Part shown: in pieces, positions 1 through 10,067 of the stretch | Layout of the letters: every line of letters starts with the position of its first letter | Numbering within the stretch: the stretch's first letter is position 1 | DNA from: a virus | Lineage: Duplodnaviria; Caudoviricetes | Length of the DNA stretch: 64,000 nt | Virus record (IMG/VR): IMGVR_UViG_3300008262_000013 | Direction: 5' to 3' (one strand) | The notes under the pieces: model-generated | Database searches by the model: none | Seen by the model: only the letters and a program-made list of their open reading frames with translations | What the model was told of the DNA's origin: nothing | Made by a program: the position numbers and the translations under genes

Positions 1-2
1 TC

Positions 3-1022
3 GCGGAGAGTTTACAAGCTTATGCATGTGCTACGAGACAATTCATTGGTAAACCACTAACCGATGTTACAGAAATAACTAATAAAACAATTGGTGATGC
101 TGAGTGTGATAGACCATTGGATAAATGTTTAAAAGGTTTAAATGCAAATTGGTATCACAGTGTCATAACTACAGCCAATGAAATTTTTAAAGATGTCAAA
201 CCTCAAGGTAAATATATGTTTTACCGTGGTGGAAAATTAGTCGGCGACATTTATAAAGAGTTCGGAAAATTTAGAAAAGAAAGTGGTTTATCTGGAGATG
301 ATAAATGGAATCCTGCTGACATTTGGATGGCAAAAAAAGGATTTAAATTTGAAAAAGACTGGTCAACACTTAGAGACTATAATCGATATATCTATGATGA
401 ATTTGCACATAAGAATCTAATTGGAATTTCTTTGAAGTTGGTACCAAAAGGTGATGCACATTCTAAAATATTTAATGATGGTAAACCTCTCATCGCAGAA
501 TGGAATGGGTACAAAATTAGTGATGATATGTTTAGTTCAAAAGACATATATCTGAAATATAAATCAGAAGGTAAAGAAGGTGAAATACAACTTAGAAATT
601 TCTCAAGTCGTCCGGTTACAAGTTCTTGGCAAGGAGAAATTAAAGGTAAAACAGCAGCAGGTGGAAAAATTGGTGGTGGCATTGTAATGACTGCTGCATT
701 AGAATCTGGGATACCAAGAACTAAACTAATGATACCTTCGTCTTTCGGTACTCATATTGAAAAACCTAATGATAAGATTCTAAAAGAATTTGCTACAATG
801 TTTAAAGAATTAAGTAAAAGTAAAAAATCAGTAAAAGATTTAATGACTGAAGCTATGATTTGTCAAAAGAAAGATAAGACTTGGTGGATGTCAAAATTTT
901 TAGGCATACATTATGTTTATACCATTATAAACGAAAAAAAAGAAAATGAAGTTGTTAAATGGTTGTTTGAATATGGATCATCAGCAACTAAGAACAGTAG
1001 TATTTTTATAAAGTATAGCTAA
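3..1022 (+). CDS. 5'-truncated conserved T4-like phage protein, possible PD-(D/E)xK nuclease fold
   Basis: Frame is open from base 3, so the gene starts upstream of the window. WNPADIW...LIGISLK resembles a PD..(D/E/S)xK signature. Confidence 0.5.
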   Translation, partial: AESLQAYACATRQFIGKPLTDVTEITNKTIGDAECDRPLDKCLKGLNANWYHSVITTANEIFKDVKPQGKYMFYRGGKLVGDIYKEFGKFRKESGLSGDDKWNPADIWMAKKGFKFEKDWSTLRDYNRYIYDEFAHKNLIGISLKLVPKGDAHSKIFNDGKPLIAEWNGYKISDDMFSSKDIYLKYKSEGKEGEIQLRNFSSRPVTSSWQGEIKGKTAAGGKIGGGIVMTAALESGIPRTKLMIPSSFGTHIEKPNDKILKEFATMFKELSKSKKSVKDLMTEAMICQKKDKTWWMSKFLGIHYVYTIINEKKENEVVKWLFEYGSSATKNSSIFIKYS

Positions 1023-2254
1023 TGAAATTCTCAGAATATTTAACCGAATCTAAGAAAGAAGGAGCTAACCTTCACTTAGAACATTTAGAAGATAATGTAT
1101 TAAACAGAGGCATAAAAGGTGCAAGAGAGTCAATTGATTTTCTCCGTGCATTGCGTGATATGTTAGCAGGTCATTCTCAATCCAAAGTGAATGTTACTAC
1201 AAAATGGGATGGTGCTCCTGCTGTAATTTGTGGTACTAATCCAGAAAATGGAAAGTTTTTCGTCGGCACAAAATCAGTTTTTAATAAAGAAGGTAAATTA
1301 AATTATACTGATGATGATATTGATAAGAATCATCCTGGTGGAGGACTAAATGAAAAATTAAAAACAGCACTTGCTTTTCTTTCAAAGTTAGAAATTAAAG
1401 GTATATTACAAGGTGACATGTTATTCACTAAAGGTGATATACAAAAACAAAGTATAGACGGCGAATCATATATTACATTTCAGCCTAATACAATTGTTTA
1501 TGCTGTGCCTACTGATTCTGTTATGGCTTCAAAAATGATGGCAGCTCAAATGGGTATCGTGTTTCATACATCGTATTCTGGTAGAACCATGGATACATTG
1601 AAGGCCTCTTTTAATATTGATATTGGTAATTTAAAACAAACTAAAGATGTTTGGTTTAGAGATGCTTCATTTGTTGATGCCTCTGGTACTGCAACATTTA
1701 CTGAAACAGAAACTAAGTTAATTACGAATGTTCTATCTCAAGCAGGCAGAGTATTTCAAACAATCAATCCTCTAGTTCTAAATAGAATATCTTCTTCAGA
1801 TATTTTAAATACACAAATTAAAACATTTAATAATACGAAAGTCAGAGCAGGTCAAAAAATAACTAACACTCGAACACATGTTACAGAATTGATTCGTTGG
1901 GTAGAAGATAGGTTGAATAAAGAAATTCTTGCTGCAAAGAAAGAAGATACGAGGAAAAAAAGAATCGCAGAAAAATCTGAACTGATTAGATTTTACAGAA
2001 GTAGTGCATCTCAACTTGCGGCAATTTTTGACTTAATGAACTTAATTGTAGACGCCAAGATAATGATAGTCAGAAAATTAGAATCTATAAAATCTTCAGT
2101 AAGTACTTTTGTAAATACTGAAGATGGTTTCAAAGTTACTGGTCCAGAAGGTTTTGTTGCAGTAGATAGATTAAGTGGTGGTGCATTGAAACTTATCGAT
2201 AGAATGGAATTTTCGCAACAAAACTTTAATGCCGCAAAGAATTGGAGTAAATAA
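1022..2254 (+). CDS. Ligase-like covalent nucleotidyltransferase with capsid-targeting-like N-terminus
   Basis: Motif I TTKWDG, III-like LQGDMLF, IV PEGFVA, V-like LKLID; HLEHLED near the N-terminus; starts MKFSEYLTES. Confidence 0.55.
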   Translation: MKFSEYLTESKKEGANLHLEHLEDNVLNRGIKGARESIDFLRALRDMLAGHSQSKVNVTTKWDGAPAVICGTNPENGKFFVGTKSVFNKEGKLNYTDDDIDKNHPGGGLNEKLKTALAFLSKLEIKGILQGDMLFTKGDIQKQSIDGESYITFQPNTIVYAVPTDSVMASKMMAAQMGIVFHTSYSGRTMDTLKASFNIDIGNLKQTKDVWFRDASFVDASGTATFTETETKLITNVLSQAGRVFQTINPLVLNRISSSDILNTQIKTFNNTKVRAGQKITNTRTHVTELIRWVEDRLNKEILAAKKEDTRKKRIAEKSELIRFYRSSASQLAAIFDLMNLIVDAKIMIVRKLESIKSSVSTFVNTEDGFKVTGPEGFVAVDRLSGGALKLIDRMEFSQQNFNAAKNWSK

Positions 2255-2526
2255 TGGCTTATGATTTAAATAAAATACTGCAAGAGTATGGTGATGATGA
2301 CTTTGGTTTTTCTGCCGTATCTGAAGAAGAATATAATGCGGTCATAAATGAGAAGGCTGATACTGCCGAAGAATTTCAAGCAAGACTTCAACAGGTAGAA
2401 AAATTAGTATTACCTTTTTTCACTAAGTTGTTACAGACCGCGGATAAAGAATACATATATTGGCCAAATAGAAAAAAATTGGTCGAAGATCAAATACAAA
2501 AGATTTTAAAACTAACAAGAGGATAA
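2254..2526 (+). CDS. Hypothetical protein (90 aa)
   Basis: Overlaps the upstream stop (TAATG), consistent with translational coupling. Confidence 0.6.
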   Translation: MAYDLNKILQEYGDDDFGFSAVSEEEYNAVINEKADTAEEFQARLQQVEKLVLPFFTKLLQTADKEYIYWPNRKKLVEDQIQKILKLTRG

Positions 2527-2537
2527 AGGAGACTAAC

Positions 2538-2660
2538 ATGTTAGAGACACTTTTCTGGTTACTAATTGGAGCATTTATTGGTTGGAATTTTCCGCAACCA
2601 CAGTTTGCAAAAAATTTGCAGGCGAAAGTAATGGGAATGTTTAAAAAAACTGGTGAATAA
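2538..2660 (+). CDS. Small membrane protein (40 aa, MLETLFWLLIGAFIGWNFPQP...)
   Basis: Below the ORF-track cutoff. AAGGAGA Shine-Dalgarno, hydrophobic N-terminus, fills the intergenic gap. Confidence 0.6.
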   Translation: MLETLFWLLIGAFIGWNFPQPQFAKNLQAKVMGMFKKTGE

Positions 2661-2662
2661 AA

Positions 2663-3052
2663 ATGGCTTATTCTAGTCAATTGATGGATCACTATGAGAA
2701 TCCACGAAACGTAGGAAAGTTAGATACAAGTGACACGACTGTTGGTACAGGATTAGTTGGTGCGCCAGCTTGCGGTGACGTTTTAAAGTTGCAAATTAAA
2801 GTTGATGACGGAGTAATTACTGATGCGAAATTTAAGACGTATGGTTGTGGCTCGGCGATTGCATCGTCGTCGCTTGTCACCGAGTGGGTTAAAGGCAAGA
2901 CAATTGATGAAGCGATGGCGATCAAGAATACCCAAATTGCTGAGGAACTTGCATTACCACCAGTCAAAATTCATTGTTCGATTCTGGCGGAAGATGCAAT
3001 CAAAGCAGCTATAAAAGATTATAAAGATAAAAATTTAGCAAAGGCAGCTTGA
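2663..3052 (+). CDS. iscU: Fe-S cluster scaffold protein IscU
   Basis: HYENPRNVG, GAPACGDV, FKTYGCGSAIASSS, LPPVKIHCSILAEDA with all three Cys ligands. Confidence 0.95.
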   Translation: MAYSSQLMDHYENPRNVGKLDTSDTTVGTGLVGAPACGDVLKLQIKVDDGVITDAKFKTYGCGSAIASSSLVTEWVKGKTIDEAMAIKNTQIAEELALPPVKIHCSILAEDAIKAAIKDYKDKNLAKAA

Positions 3053-3927
3053 TGTTAAAACAAGTAGATGGTAAGTGGGCTTTAGTTTCTAAAAAAACAC
3101 AGAGACCACTTGCTTATTACAGAGGTGAGGGTAAACCTTCTGACGAATGGGTTAGGAAACAAGAATCAAGAATTCAAATATTCAAGTCGATGAATGAACA
3201 AAAAGATTCTACGAAGTCTGGTTCTGGTTTAACTATATTCGATATTGATGACACACTCTTTCATACAACTGCTAAGATTGCTGTGAAGAAAGATGGTAAA
3301 GTTGTTCGTGAATTAAATAATCAAGAATTTAATACCTATCAATTAAAGAAAGGTGAAGAATTTGATTATCGCCAATTTCGTGATGCAAAAAAGTTTAAAG
3401 AAGAATCAAAGCCTATTGCCAAAATGTTTGCTAAGGCAAAAGCAATACTCCGTAATGTTGTAAATAAACCGGGTAGTCAGATGATTATTTTGACTGCACG
3501 TAATGATTTTGATGACAAAGAAACATTTTTGGATACATTCAGGCAATATGGTTTAGATATAAACAAGGTAAGAGTCGAACGTGCAGGCAAATTAACAAAG
3601 TTGTCGCCAGCGCACGCTAAGTATGTTATAATATATAATTATTTAAAACAAGGTAAATTTTCCCACGTTCGTTTATTCGATGATAGTATGGCAAACCTAA
3701 AAGAATTTTTACGTTTGAAAAAAGATTTTACAGACGTAACATTTGAGGCATATTTTGCGAAACCAGATGGTTCAGTGGAAAGAATCGGTGGTATAAATGA
3801 AGAACAAGAGTTTGTTTCTAAGGCTGGCGCAGGAGAATGGGGTAGACCAGAACTAACACGTAAATATATAGAAGATACACCAGGACAAAAGGTTCAGAGG
3901 TTTAAGAAATACATAAAGAATATATAA
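3049..3927 (+). CDS. HAD-family phosphatase (Pnkp 3'-phosphatase-like) with short terminal modules
   Basis: FDIDDTL, ILTAR and LFDDS HAD motifs. Short flanking modules are separated by KSMNEQ and GINEEQE. Confidence 0.7.
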   Translation: MMLKQVDGKWALVSKKTQRPLAYYRGEGKPSDEWVRKQESRIQIFKSMNEQKDSTKSGSGLTIFDIDDTLFHTTAKIAVKKDGKVVRELNNQEFNTYQLKKGEEFDYRQFRDAKKFKEESKPIAKMFAKAKAILRNVVNKPGSQMIILTARNDFDDKETFLDTFRQYGLDINKVRVERAGKLTKLSPAHAKYVIIYNYLKQGKFSHVRLFDDSMANLKEFLRLKKDFTDVTFEAYFAKPDGSVERIGGINEEQEFVSKAGAGEWGRPELTRKYIEDTPGQKVQRFKKYIKNI

Positions 3928-3945
3928 TTTTTTTGGAGAATGTGA

Positions 3946-4779
3946 ATGAGAGATTTGATTATAGGATGTTCCACCAACTACGATTGGTCCAAATTAAAAT
4001 ATTGGATCAACTCTATCAATAAATCCGGATTTCAGGGTGATAAGGTCATGATTCTTATGAATTGTGACAAAGATACAGTAAATAAAGTTGTTGAATCCGG
4101 ATTCAATGTTATAGGTTTCAAAAAAGACGAAGAAGGTAATTTAACATATTCCTCTAATATGCCAGTGCATACTGAAAGATTTTTGCACATATACAACTAT
4201 CTAAAAGATAAGGACTATCGATACGTAATTACTACTGATGTTAAAGATGTAGTCTTTCAAAAAAATCCTATTGAATTTTTGGAAAAGGAATGTGTCAATA
4301 AAAATTTACTTTTTGCTTCGGAAAGTATTCGATACAAAGATGAACCATGGGGTGATCAAAACTTAAAAGAAACTTTTGGTCCTTACATTTATGAACAGTT
4401 TAAAAATAATGAGATATTCAATGTGGGTGTTTTGGCTGGACATGGATATGCTATTCGTGATTTAGCACTAAACATTTTTGTTTCTTGTTTGAATCGTCCA
4501 ATTCCTATTTGTGACCAATCAACCTTCAACTTTATGATTAGTCAAAATCCCTACACTTCATTGAGTAAGTATACTCGTTCTGAAGAAGGCTGGGCAGCAC
4601 AGTTAGGTACAACAGGAGATCCATCAAAAGCATTACAATTTGATCCTGTTTTATTGGAAGCCAAACCTAAACTACAAGATGGAATTGTAACGACATCTGA
4701 AGGAAAACAATTTTATATTGTACACCAGTACGATAGAGTACCTGAAATGAAAAATACATTGGAGAAAAAATATGAGTGA
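3946..4779 (+). CDS. Glycosyltransferase-like protein
   Basis: ITTDVKDVVFQ DxxD-type motif, N-G-like NVGVLAG, terminal HQYDR; first gene of a sugar-modification cluster. Confidence 0.55.
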   Translation: MRDLIIGCSTNYDWSKLKYWINSINKSGFQGDKVMILMNCDKDTVNKVVESGFNVIGFKKDEEGNLTYSSNMPVHTERFLHIYNYLKDKDYRYVITTDVKDVVFQKNPIEFLEKECVNKNLLFASESIRYKDEPWGDQNLKETFGPYIYEQFKNNEIFNVGVLAGHGYAIRDLALNIFVSCLNRPIPICDQSTFNFMISQNPYTSLSKYTRSEEGWAAQLGTTGDPSKALQFDPVLLEAKPKLQDGIVTTSEGKQFYIVHQYDRVPEMKNTLEKKYE

Positions 4780-5344
4780 TATGTTAGTAATTAATACGAA
4801 TTCTGAAGCATTTAATATAACAGAAAAAAGAGAATTTAGGCCTTCTGGGTACCACTTTAAACAATTTATTTCTGTAATGGAAAAACCTGTTGTTTTAGAA
4901 ATTGGTTGTGATATCGGTGATACAGCATTTTCTTATCTAGAATGTAATCCTAATTTAACTTTATATTCTATTGACCCGTATGATGATTATGTTGATTGGA
5001 ATGGAAATCATTTGAATGAGAGACAGAAACTTTATCAACATGTGGTGGATAGATTTAAACCATTTGGTGATAGATTTAAACTTATACGAAGTAATTCTGA
5101 TGAAGCGGTTAGTCTTTTTGAAGATGAATTTTTTGATTTAATTTTTATAGATGGACTTCATACTTATGACCAACTAAGTAAAGACTGTGATAATTATTAT
5201 TCCAAACTAAAAACCGGATCAATATTTTCTGGACATGATTATACGGTAATTGAGGGAGTTAATAGGGCTGTTAATGAATTTTCTCAGAAAGTAAATAAAG
5301 AAGTTAATAGTGGTGAAAACGATACGTGGTTTTGGGTCAAATGA
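4772..5344 (+). CDS. Class I SAM-dependent methyltransferase (Methyltransf_24-like)
   Basis: VLEIGCDIG, IDP, DLIFIDGLHTY, GHDY. Confidence 0.85.
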   Translation: MSDMLVINTNSEAFNITEKREFRPSGYHFKQFISVMEKPVVLEIGCDIGDTAFSYLECNPNLTLYSIDPYDDYVDWNGNHLNERQKLYQHVVDRFKPFGDRFKLIRSNSDEAVSLFEDEFFDLIFIDGLHTYDQLSKDCDNYYSKLKTGSIFSGHDYTVIEGVNRAVNEFSQKVNKEVNSGENDTWFWVK

Positions 5345-6030
5345 AAAATTGCATAGTTTTTTCTGGACAATTCAGGACTTTTAAAGATACTGTTGAAAAC
5401 ATCAAAGAGTTTATTCGAATCAATGATTTAGATGTTTATTGTTTTTTATGGACTACAGACGCGGATGAAAAGCGATTTGTAGTCGATAATCTAAAACCTA
5501 TAAACTTTAGATTTGATGATTACTCCAATTATCAAGGTATGTTTGAAGAAATGGAACAAAGAATTCGCCATAATAACCCTAAACCTGCTCCCATCGATAA
5601 GGTTGCTGCAAACGCATCGATGAATTTTGCTAGAAAACAGGCGTATTCTTTAGTGAGAAATAATTATGATAACATCTTCTATTGTAGATATGACATTGAC
5701 ATATACGAACAGTTTACTTTAAAGGAACAAGTTGATTTTGTAGTAACACCATTAGAAGAATCGTATAATTTAATATCGGATATATTTGCAATTATACCTC
5801 AAAAATATGCTAAACATTATTTTTTGTATGATGAATATGAAAATATACACTCAACTAAATTTGAACCTAAGTTTGAAGAATGGTTGAGAAGTATTAAAAA
5901 ATACGGTGAAGAAAACATCAGGATTCATAGAGATGATAGATATTGTCCACATATGATGTTGTTACGCAATTTATGGAATAATAATGTACCCTTTGTTATA
6001 GAAAACCTTCCTGTGAGAATAAAAAGATGA
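5341..6030 (+). CDS. Putative glycosyltransferase-like protein, paralog of the next gene
   Basis: IVFSGQFRT ... YCRYDI pattern; ATG at 5341 preferred. Confidence 0.45.
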   Translation: MKNCIVFSGQFRTFKDTVENIKEFIRINDLDVYCFLWTTDADEKRFVVDNLKPINFRFDDYSNYQGMFEEMEQRIRHNNPKPAPIDKVAANASMNFARKQAYSLVRNNYDNIFYCRYDIDIYEQFTLKEQVDFVVTPLEESYNLISDIFAIIPQKYAKHYFLYDEYENIHSTKFEPKFEEWLRSIKKYGEENIRIHRDDRYCPHMMLLRNLWNNNVPFVIENLPVRIKR

Positions 6031-6752
6031 AAATAGCTTTATGTTTTTCTGGACAAGCCAGATCGTTTGAAAAAGGTTACGAATATTATAAAAAAAATCT
6101 CTTAGATAATTATGATGTAGATGTTTACATTCATAGCTGGAAATTTGATGGTGAAGAAAAGTTTTTGGATCTTTACAAACCAAAATCTTTTAAATTTAGT
6201 GATCCTTACTCAAATACTGAACAAGGATTTAAGTTGGATGATTACTATACGCATACACCAAATAGAGAAAAATATCCACCAAGATTTACATATTCGATGT
6301 TTGATTCTATGTATAGGTGTTTAGAATTATTGGTTCACGAATCATTAAACAATCGGACTGATTATAATTGGGTAATAAGAACTCGAACTGATTATGCTTT
6401 GAATGTTTCGATTCCTTTTGAAACACTAGATTCAAACAAACTTTATATACCAAATTGTAGAATGGTACCAGAAAGAGATTTTGGAAATGACCAGTTCGCA
6501 TTTTCATCATATAATAATATGAAAAAATATATGTCAACTTTCATGAACATAAATCACTACTATGATGATTTGAAAACATTATTCATAGGTGAAGATTTGA
6601 TGAAAGCCAATTTACATGAACATAATTTATTTGGTGAAAATTTGGTTTATGTTAATATGAATAATCCTTTTCCACCAGGATCCCACAACGGAACTTGGCA
6701 CTCATTGATTCGAGATGATTACGAAGAATGGACAAACAATTCAAAAAAATAA
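6027..6752 (+). CDS. Putative glycosyltransferase-like protein
   Basis: KIALCFSGQARS, DVYIHSW, IRTRTD, NDQFAF. Confidence 0.45.
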   Translation: MKIALCFSGQARSFEKGYEYYKKNLLDNYDVDVYIHSWKFDGEEKFLDLYKPKSFKFSDPYSNTEQGFKLDDYYTHTPNREKYPPRFTYSMFDSMYRCLELLVHESLNNRTDYNWVIRTRTDYALNVSIPFETLDSNKLYIPNCRMVPERDFGNDQFAFSSYNNMKKYMSTFMNINHYYDDLKTLFIGEDLMKANLHEHNLFGENLVYVNMNNPFPPGSHNGTWHSLIRDDYEEWTNNSKK

Positions 6753-7486
6753 TCAAAGAATTAAAAGGACATTCTGGAAATAAAATAACTTTGGTTGAAA
6801 ACGATAATATTTTATACGTTGAAAAAACTGGAGATATAGAAAGAAATTTTGAAAGAATGAAGTTTCTTTATGAAAACAACTATAATGTACCATTAATTTT
6901 TGAAAGTGATGGAAAAACATTCATGAACATGGAGTATATCCATGGTCTTGATATGAAAGAATATTTAAAAACACATAATATAAAGTTTCTTTTTAATTTT
7001 ATATTTGATATATTAAAACAGTTTTCTGAAAATAGTGAAGTTGTAGATTACACTGAAACATATTATAAAAAGTTATCTTTTCTTGATGATGTGAATGATT
7101 TACCTTTCTCTAAAGAAGAATTTATATATTCTTTACCTAAAAAAATACCCAGATCACATTATCATGGAGATTTTACTTTAGAAAATTTAATTTATACAGA
7201 AAACAAATTCGTTATGATTGATCCAGTAACAATAGAATATGATTCTTATATATTTGATATAGCTAAACTTAGACAAGATTTAGAGTGTAAATGGTTTCTT
7301 AGAGAGACAGACTTAAGATTAGATGTAAAATTAAATGAGTTACAAGAGAGAATACTGAATTCTTTTCCCTTGGCTAAAGATGATAATTTATTAATATTGA
7401 TGTTATTAAGAGTTTATAGGCACACTAAGAGTGGTGATAATAATCATCAGTTTATTTTGAAGGCGATTGAAAAATTATGGAAATAA
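6728..7486 (+). CDS. APH/choline-kinase-like phosphotransferase
   Basis: HGDFTLEN catalytic loop, MIDP, DIAKL. Confidence 0.75.
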   Translation: MDKQFKKIIKELKGHSGNKITLVENDNILYVEKTGDIERNFERMKFLYENNYNVPLIFESDGKTFMNMEYIHGLDMKEYLKTHNIKFLFNFIFDILKQFSENSEVVDYTETYYKKLSFLDDVNDLPFSKEEFIYSLPKKIPRSHYHGDFTLENLIYTENKFVMIDPVTIEYDSYIFDIAKLRQDLECKWFLRETDLRLDVKLNELQERILNSFPLAKDDNLLILMLLRVYRHTKSGDNNHQFILKAIEKLWK

Positions 7487-8520
7487 TTGTACCTGCAGCA
7501 GGACTTTCAACCAGATTTCCCAATACTAAACCCAAATATCTATTATATGATTACGGTCATAAAATGATGATACAGAGAGCTCTGGATCCTTGGTTAAAAA
7601 CCGAACATAATATAACGGTTGGAGTTTTAAAACAACATGATGAAAAATTTAACTCTGTAGATTTTTTGAAGTATGAATTTGGTGATAGAATTAATGTGGT
7701 TATTTTAGAAGAAATGACCGAAGGTCCGGCTGACACTGTTTATAAAATCATAAAAAAATCTAATATTGATTTAACACAACAATTATTAGTTAAAGATTGT
7801 GACAGTTTTTTTCATATGGATAAAGTTGAAACCGAAAACTTCGTATGCACTTCAAATATAGCTGATCATGAGGTATTGAAAAAATTATCATCAAAAAGTT
7901 TTGTTATAAAAAATGAACAAGGTATAATTACTAGTATTATAGAAAAAAAAGTTGTATCTGATACCTTTTGTGTTGGTGGTTACGGATTTAAAAATGTTCA
8001 ATCATATTGTGACACATTTGAACAATTAAAAAAATCTCAAACGAATAGAGAAATTTTTGTTTCAGATGTAATATCCAAACAACTGGAAGATGGTGAAATT
8101 TTCAGTTCAGTTTCGGTTAAAAATTACACGGATGTAGGAACGCAAGAAGATTGGCATGAATACAATAACAAACCTGTTATATTTTGTGATATAGACGGCA
8201 CACTAATAGTATCACAAAGTAGAGTTGGACAAAATAACTTTTATAGTTCTTATATTGCTTTAGAAAAAACTGTTAATAAACTATTAGATTTACAGAAAAA
8301 TGGAGCTCAATTTATATTTGTAACTTCTAGACCTAAAAATTTAGAAAGACAAACTCATAATTTACTCACATCTCTAGGATTTAAAAATTATGAATTAATT
8401 ATAGGATTACAAAATTCTACTAGAATATTAATAAATGATTTTAATAATGCGAATCCACACCCTAGAGCAATATCAATTAATGTAGAACGAGACAAGGACC
8501 AAGCATGGATGTATCTTTAA
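7477..8520 (+). CDS. Sugar-phosphate nucleotidyltransferase fused to a HAD phosphatase
   Basis: N-terminal IIVPAAGLSTRF...KP, GPADT, KDCD; C-terminal FCDIDGTL, VTSR, INDF. Confidence 0.8.
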   Translation: MEIIVPAAGLSTRFPNTKPKYLLYDYGHKMMIQRALDPWLKTEHNITVGVLKQHDEKFNSVDFLKYEFGDRINVVILEEMTEGPADTVYKIIKKSNIDLTQQLLVKDCDSFFHMDKVETENFVCTSNIADHEVLKKLSSKSFVIKNEQGIITSIIEKKVVSDTFCVGGYGFKNVQSYCDTFEQLKKSQTNREIFVSDVISKQLEDGEIFSSVSVKNYTDVGTQEDWHEYNNKPVIFCDIDGTLIVSQSRVGQNNFYSSYIALEKTVNKLLDLQKNGAQFIFVTSRPKNLERQTHNLLTSLGFKNYELIIGLQNSTRILINDFNNANPHPRAISINVERDKDQAWMYL

Positions 8521-9221
8521 TTCCTAATAAAATTTTATTTATTGTTACTTCAGCTTTAAATTCAAAAGTTGGAGTTGTGAATAGTACTCAAAGATTACAA
8601 CAGACAGTAGAAACACTAATTAATTTAAAACAAAAAGTGCCTGAAGCCACTATACTTCTTGTAGATGGTTCGCCTGATCCAGTTCCCGAAGAAACGAAAA
8701 AAATAATCAGTCAACATTGTCAATGTATTTGGTTTGGAGAACATCCAGAAATAAATTCAATGTCATCAATAGGTAGACAAAGTGAGGCTGAACTTTTACT
8801 ATTATTTAATACCTTTATTTTATTTAAACGTGTTCCTGAATTTATGAGTTTTTTGCATGGAGTCAAAAGAATTTTCAAATTTTCAGCGAGAAGTTTTTTA
8901 GAAGATGATTTCGACATTAATGAGTATGATAATCTTTTTGGTAAGTATGTGTTTAAGAAATCTTTGCCATCTTGGATGCCACCCGAAAGAAAAAAGAATA
9001 TAACTGATCATCTCTACATTACAAGAATGTATTCCTTTTGTCCTTCTTTATTGGATAATTACTTACAACAAATTCAACCAATGTTAAACAACGTGATGCA
9101 ACATAGAATCGATTTCGAACATGCTCATTATCTTTGTCTAGATAAAACACATATAGTTGAATTTGATAGAATAAAATGTTCTGGCATCGTATCGGTTTCG
9201 GGACAAATGGAAAGATATTAA
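8505..9221 (+). CDS. Hypothetical protein, possible glycosyltransferase
   Basis: Inside the sugar cluster; LLVDGS and FKFSAR motifs only. Confidence 0.35.
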   Translation: MDVSLIPNKILFIVTSALNSKVGVVNSTQRLQQTVETLINLKQKVPEATILLVDGSPDPVPEETKKIISQHCQCIWFGEHPEINSMSSIGRQSEAELLLLFNTFILFKRVPEFMSFLHGVKRIFKFSARSFLEDDFDINEYDNLFGKYVFKKSLPSWMPPERKKNITDHLYITRMYSFCPSLLDNYLQQIQPMLNNVMQHRIDFEHAHYLCLDKTHIVEFDRIKCSGIVSVSGQMERY

Positions 9222-9222
9222 T

Positions 9223-9999
9223 ATGATTAATGAATTTGAATATGAAAAATTACAAAATGAGTTTAAAAATGGACAACCATTTTCTCATTGTGTTATAGAT
9301 AATTTTTTTGATGAAGAAACGGCTTTAAAATTGTCAGAAGAATTTCCCGACTATAATGATAACGTTTGGTCTATCTATGATAATCCAATAGAAAATAAAA
9401 GAACTAATTCAAACTGGAATTTGTTTCCAAAAGAAACATATCAATTCTTTTCTTTAATGAATGGTGATGAGTTTATAGAAAAAGTAAAAAAAATTACAGG
9501 TATTGATGATTTGGCTGCCGATTATGGATTACACGGCGGCGGGTGGCACATGCATGGTCGCAACGGAAAATTGAATTTACATAAAGATTATTCTATTCAT
9601 CCAAAACTTGAAATGGAAAGAAGAATTAATATTATCATTTACATGACACCAATTTGGCAAGAATCTTGGGGTGGAGGGTTGGAATTATGGTCAAATGATG
9701 AGGAAAAAAATTTACCAAAAGAATGTATTAAAAAAATTGATAATAAATTTAACCGTGCTGTAATTTTCGACACTACGCAGAATTCGTGGCATGGCCTTCC
9801 TGATGCGATTAATTGTCCTCCAGGAATGTACAGAAAATCTTTAGCAATATACTATGTCTCTCCTCCAAGAAAAGAAGCTGAAGTACATGACCGAGCACTT
9901 TTTGCACCTTACAAAGATCAGGTTAGTGACCCTAAAATTTTAGAATTGATTAAAAAAAGATCAAGTTCTAAAACCTCTGGTGAAGTTTATAGGACATAA
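9223..9999 (+). CDS. 2OG-Fe(II) oxygenase
   Basis: LNLHKDY (HxD), GGGLELW, SWHG, YRKS. Confidence 0.85.
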   Translation: MINEFEYEKLQNEFKNGQPFSHCVIDNFFDEETALKLSEEFPDYNDNVWSIYDNPIENKRTNSNWNLFPKETYQFFSLMNGDEFIEKVKKITGIDDLAADYGLHGGGWHMHGRNGKLNLHKDYSIHPKLEMERRINIIIYMTPIWQESWGGGLELWSNDEEKNLPKECIKKIDNKFNRAVIFDTTQNSWHGLPDAINCPPGMYRKSLAIYYVSPPRKEAEVHDRALFAPYKDQVSDPKILELIKKRSSSKTSGEVYRT

Positions 10000-10019
10000 A
10001 AACCTCAGGTAAGAGAAAT

Positions 10020-10027
10020 TATAAATA
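10020..10027 (+). promoter_or_regulatory. T4-type late promoter TATAAATA
   Basis: Exact consensus in the intergenic gap, 40 nt upstream of the 907-aa ORF. Confidence 0.75.
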
Positions 10028-10067
10028 CAAGATAAAATTAGACTAACTGCTGTAGAGGCGGAGAAAT

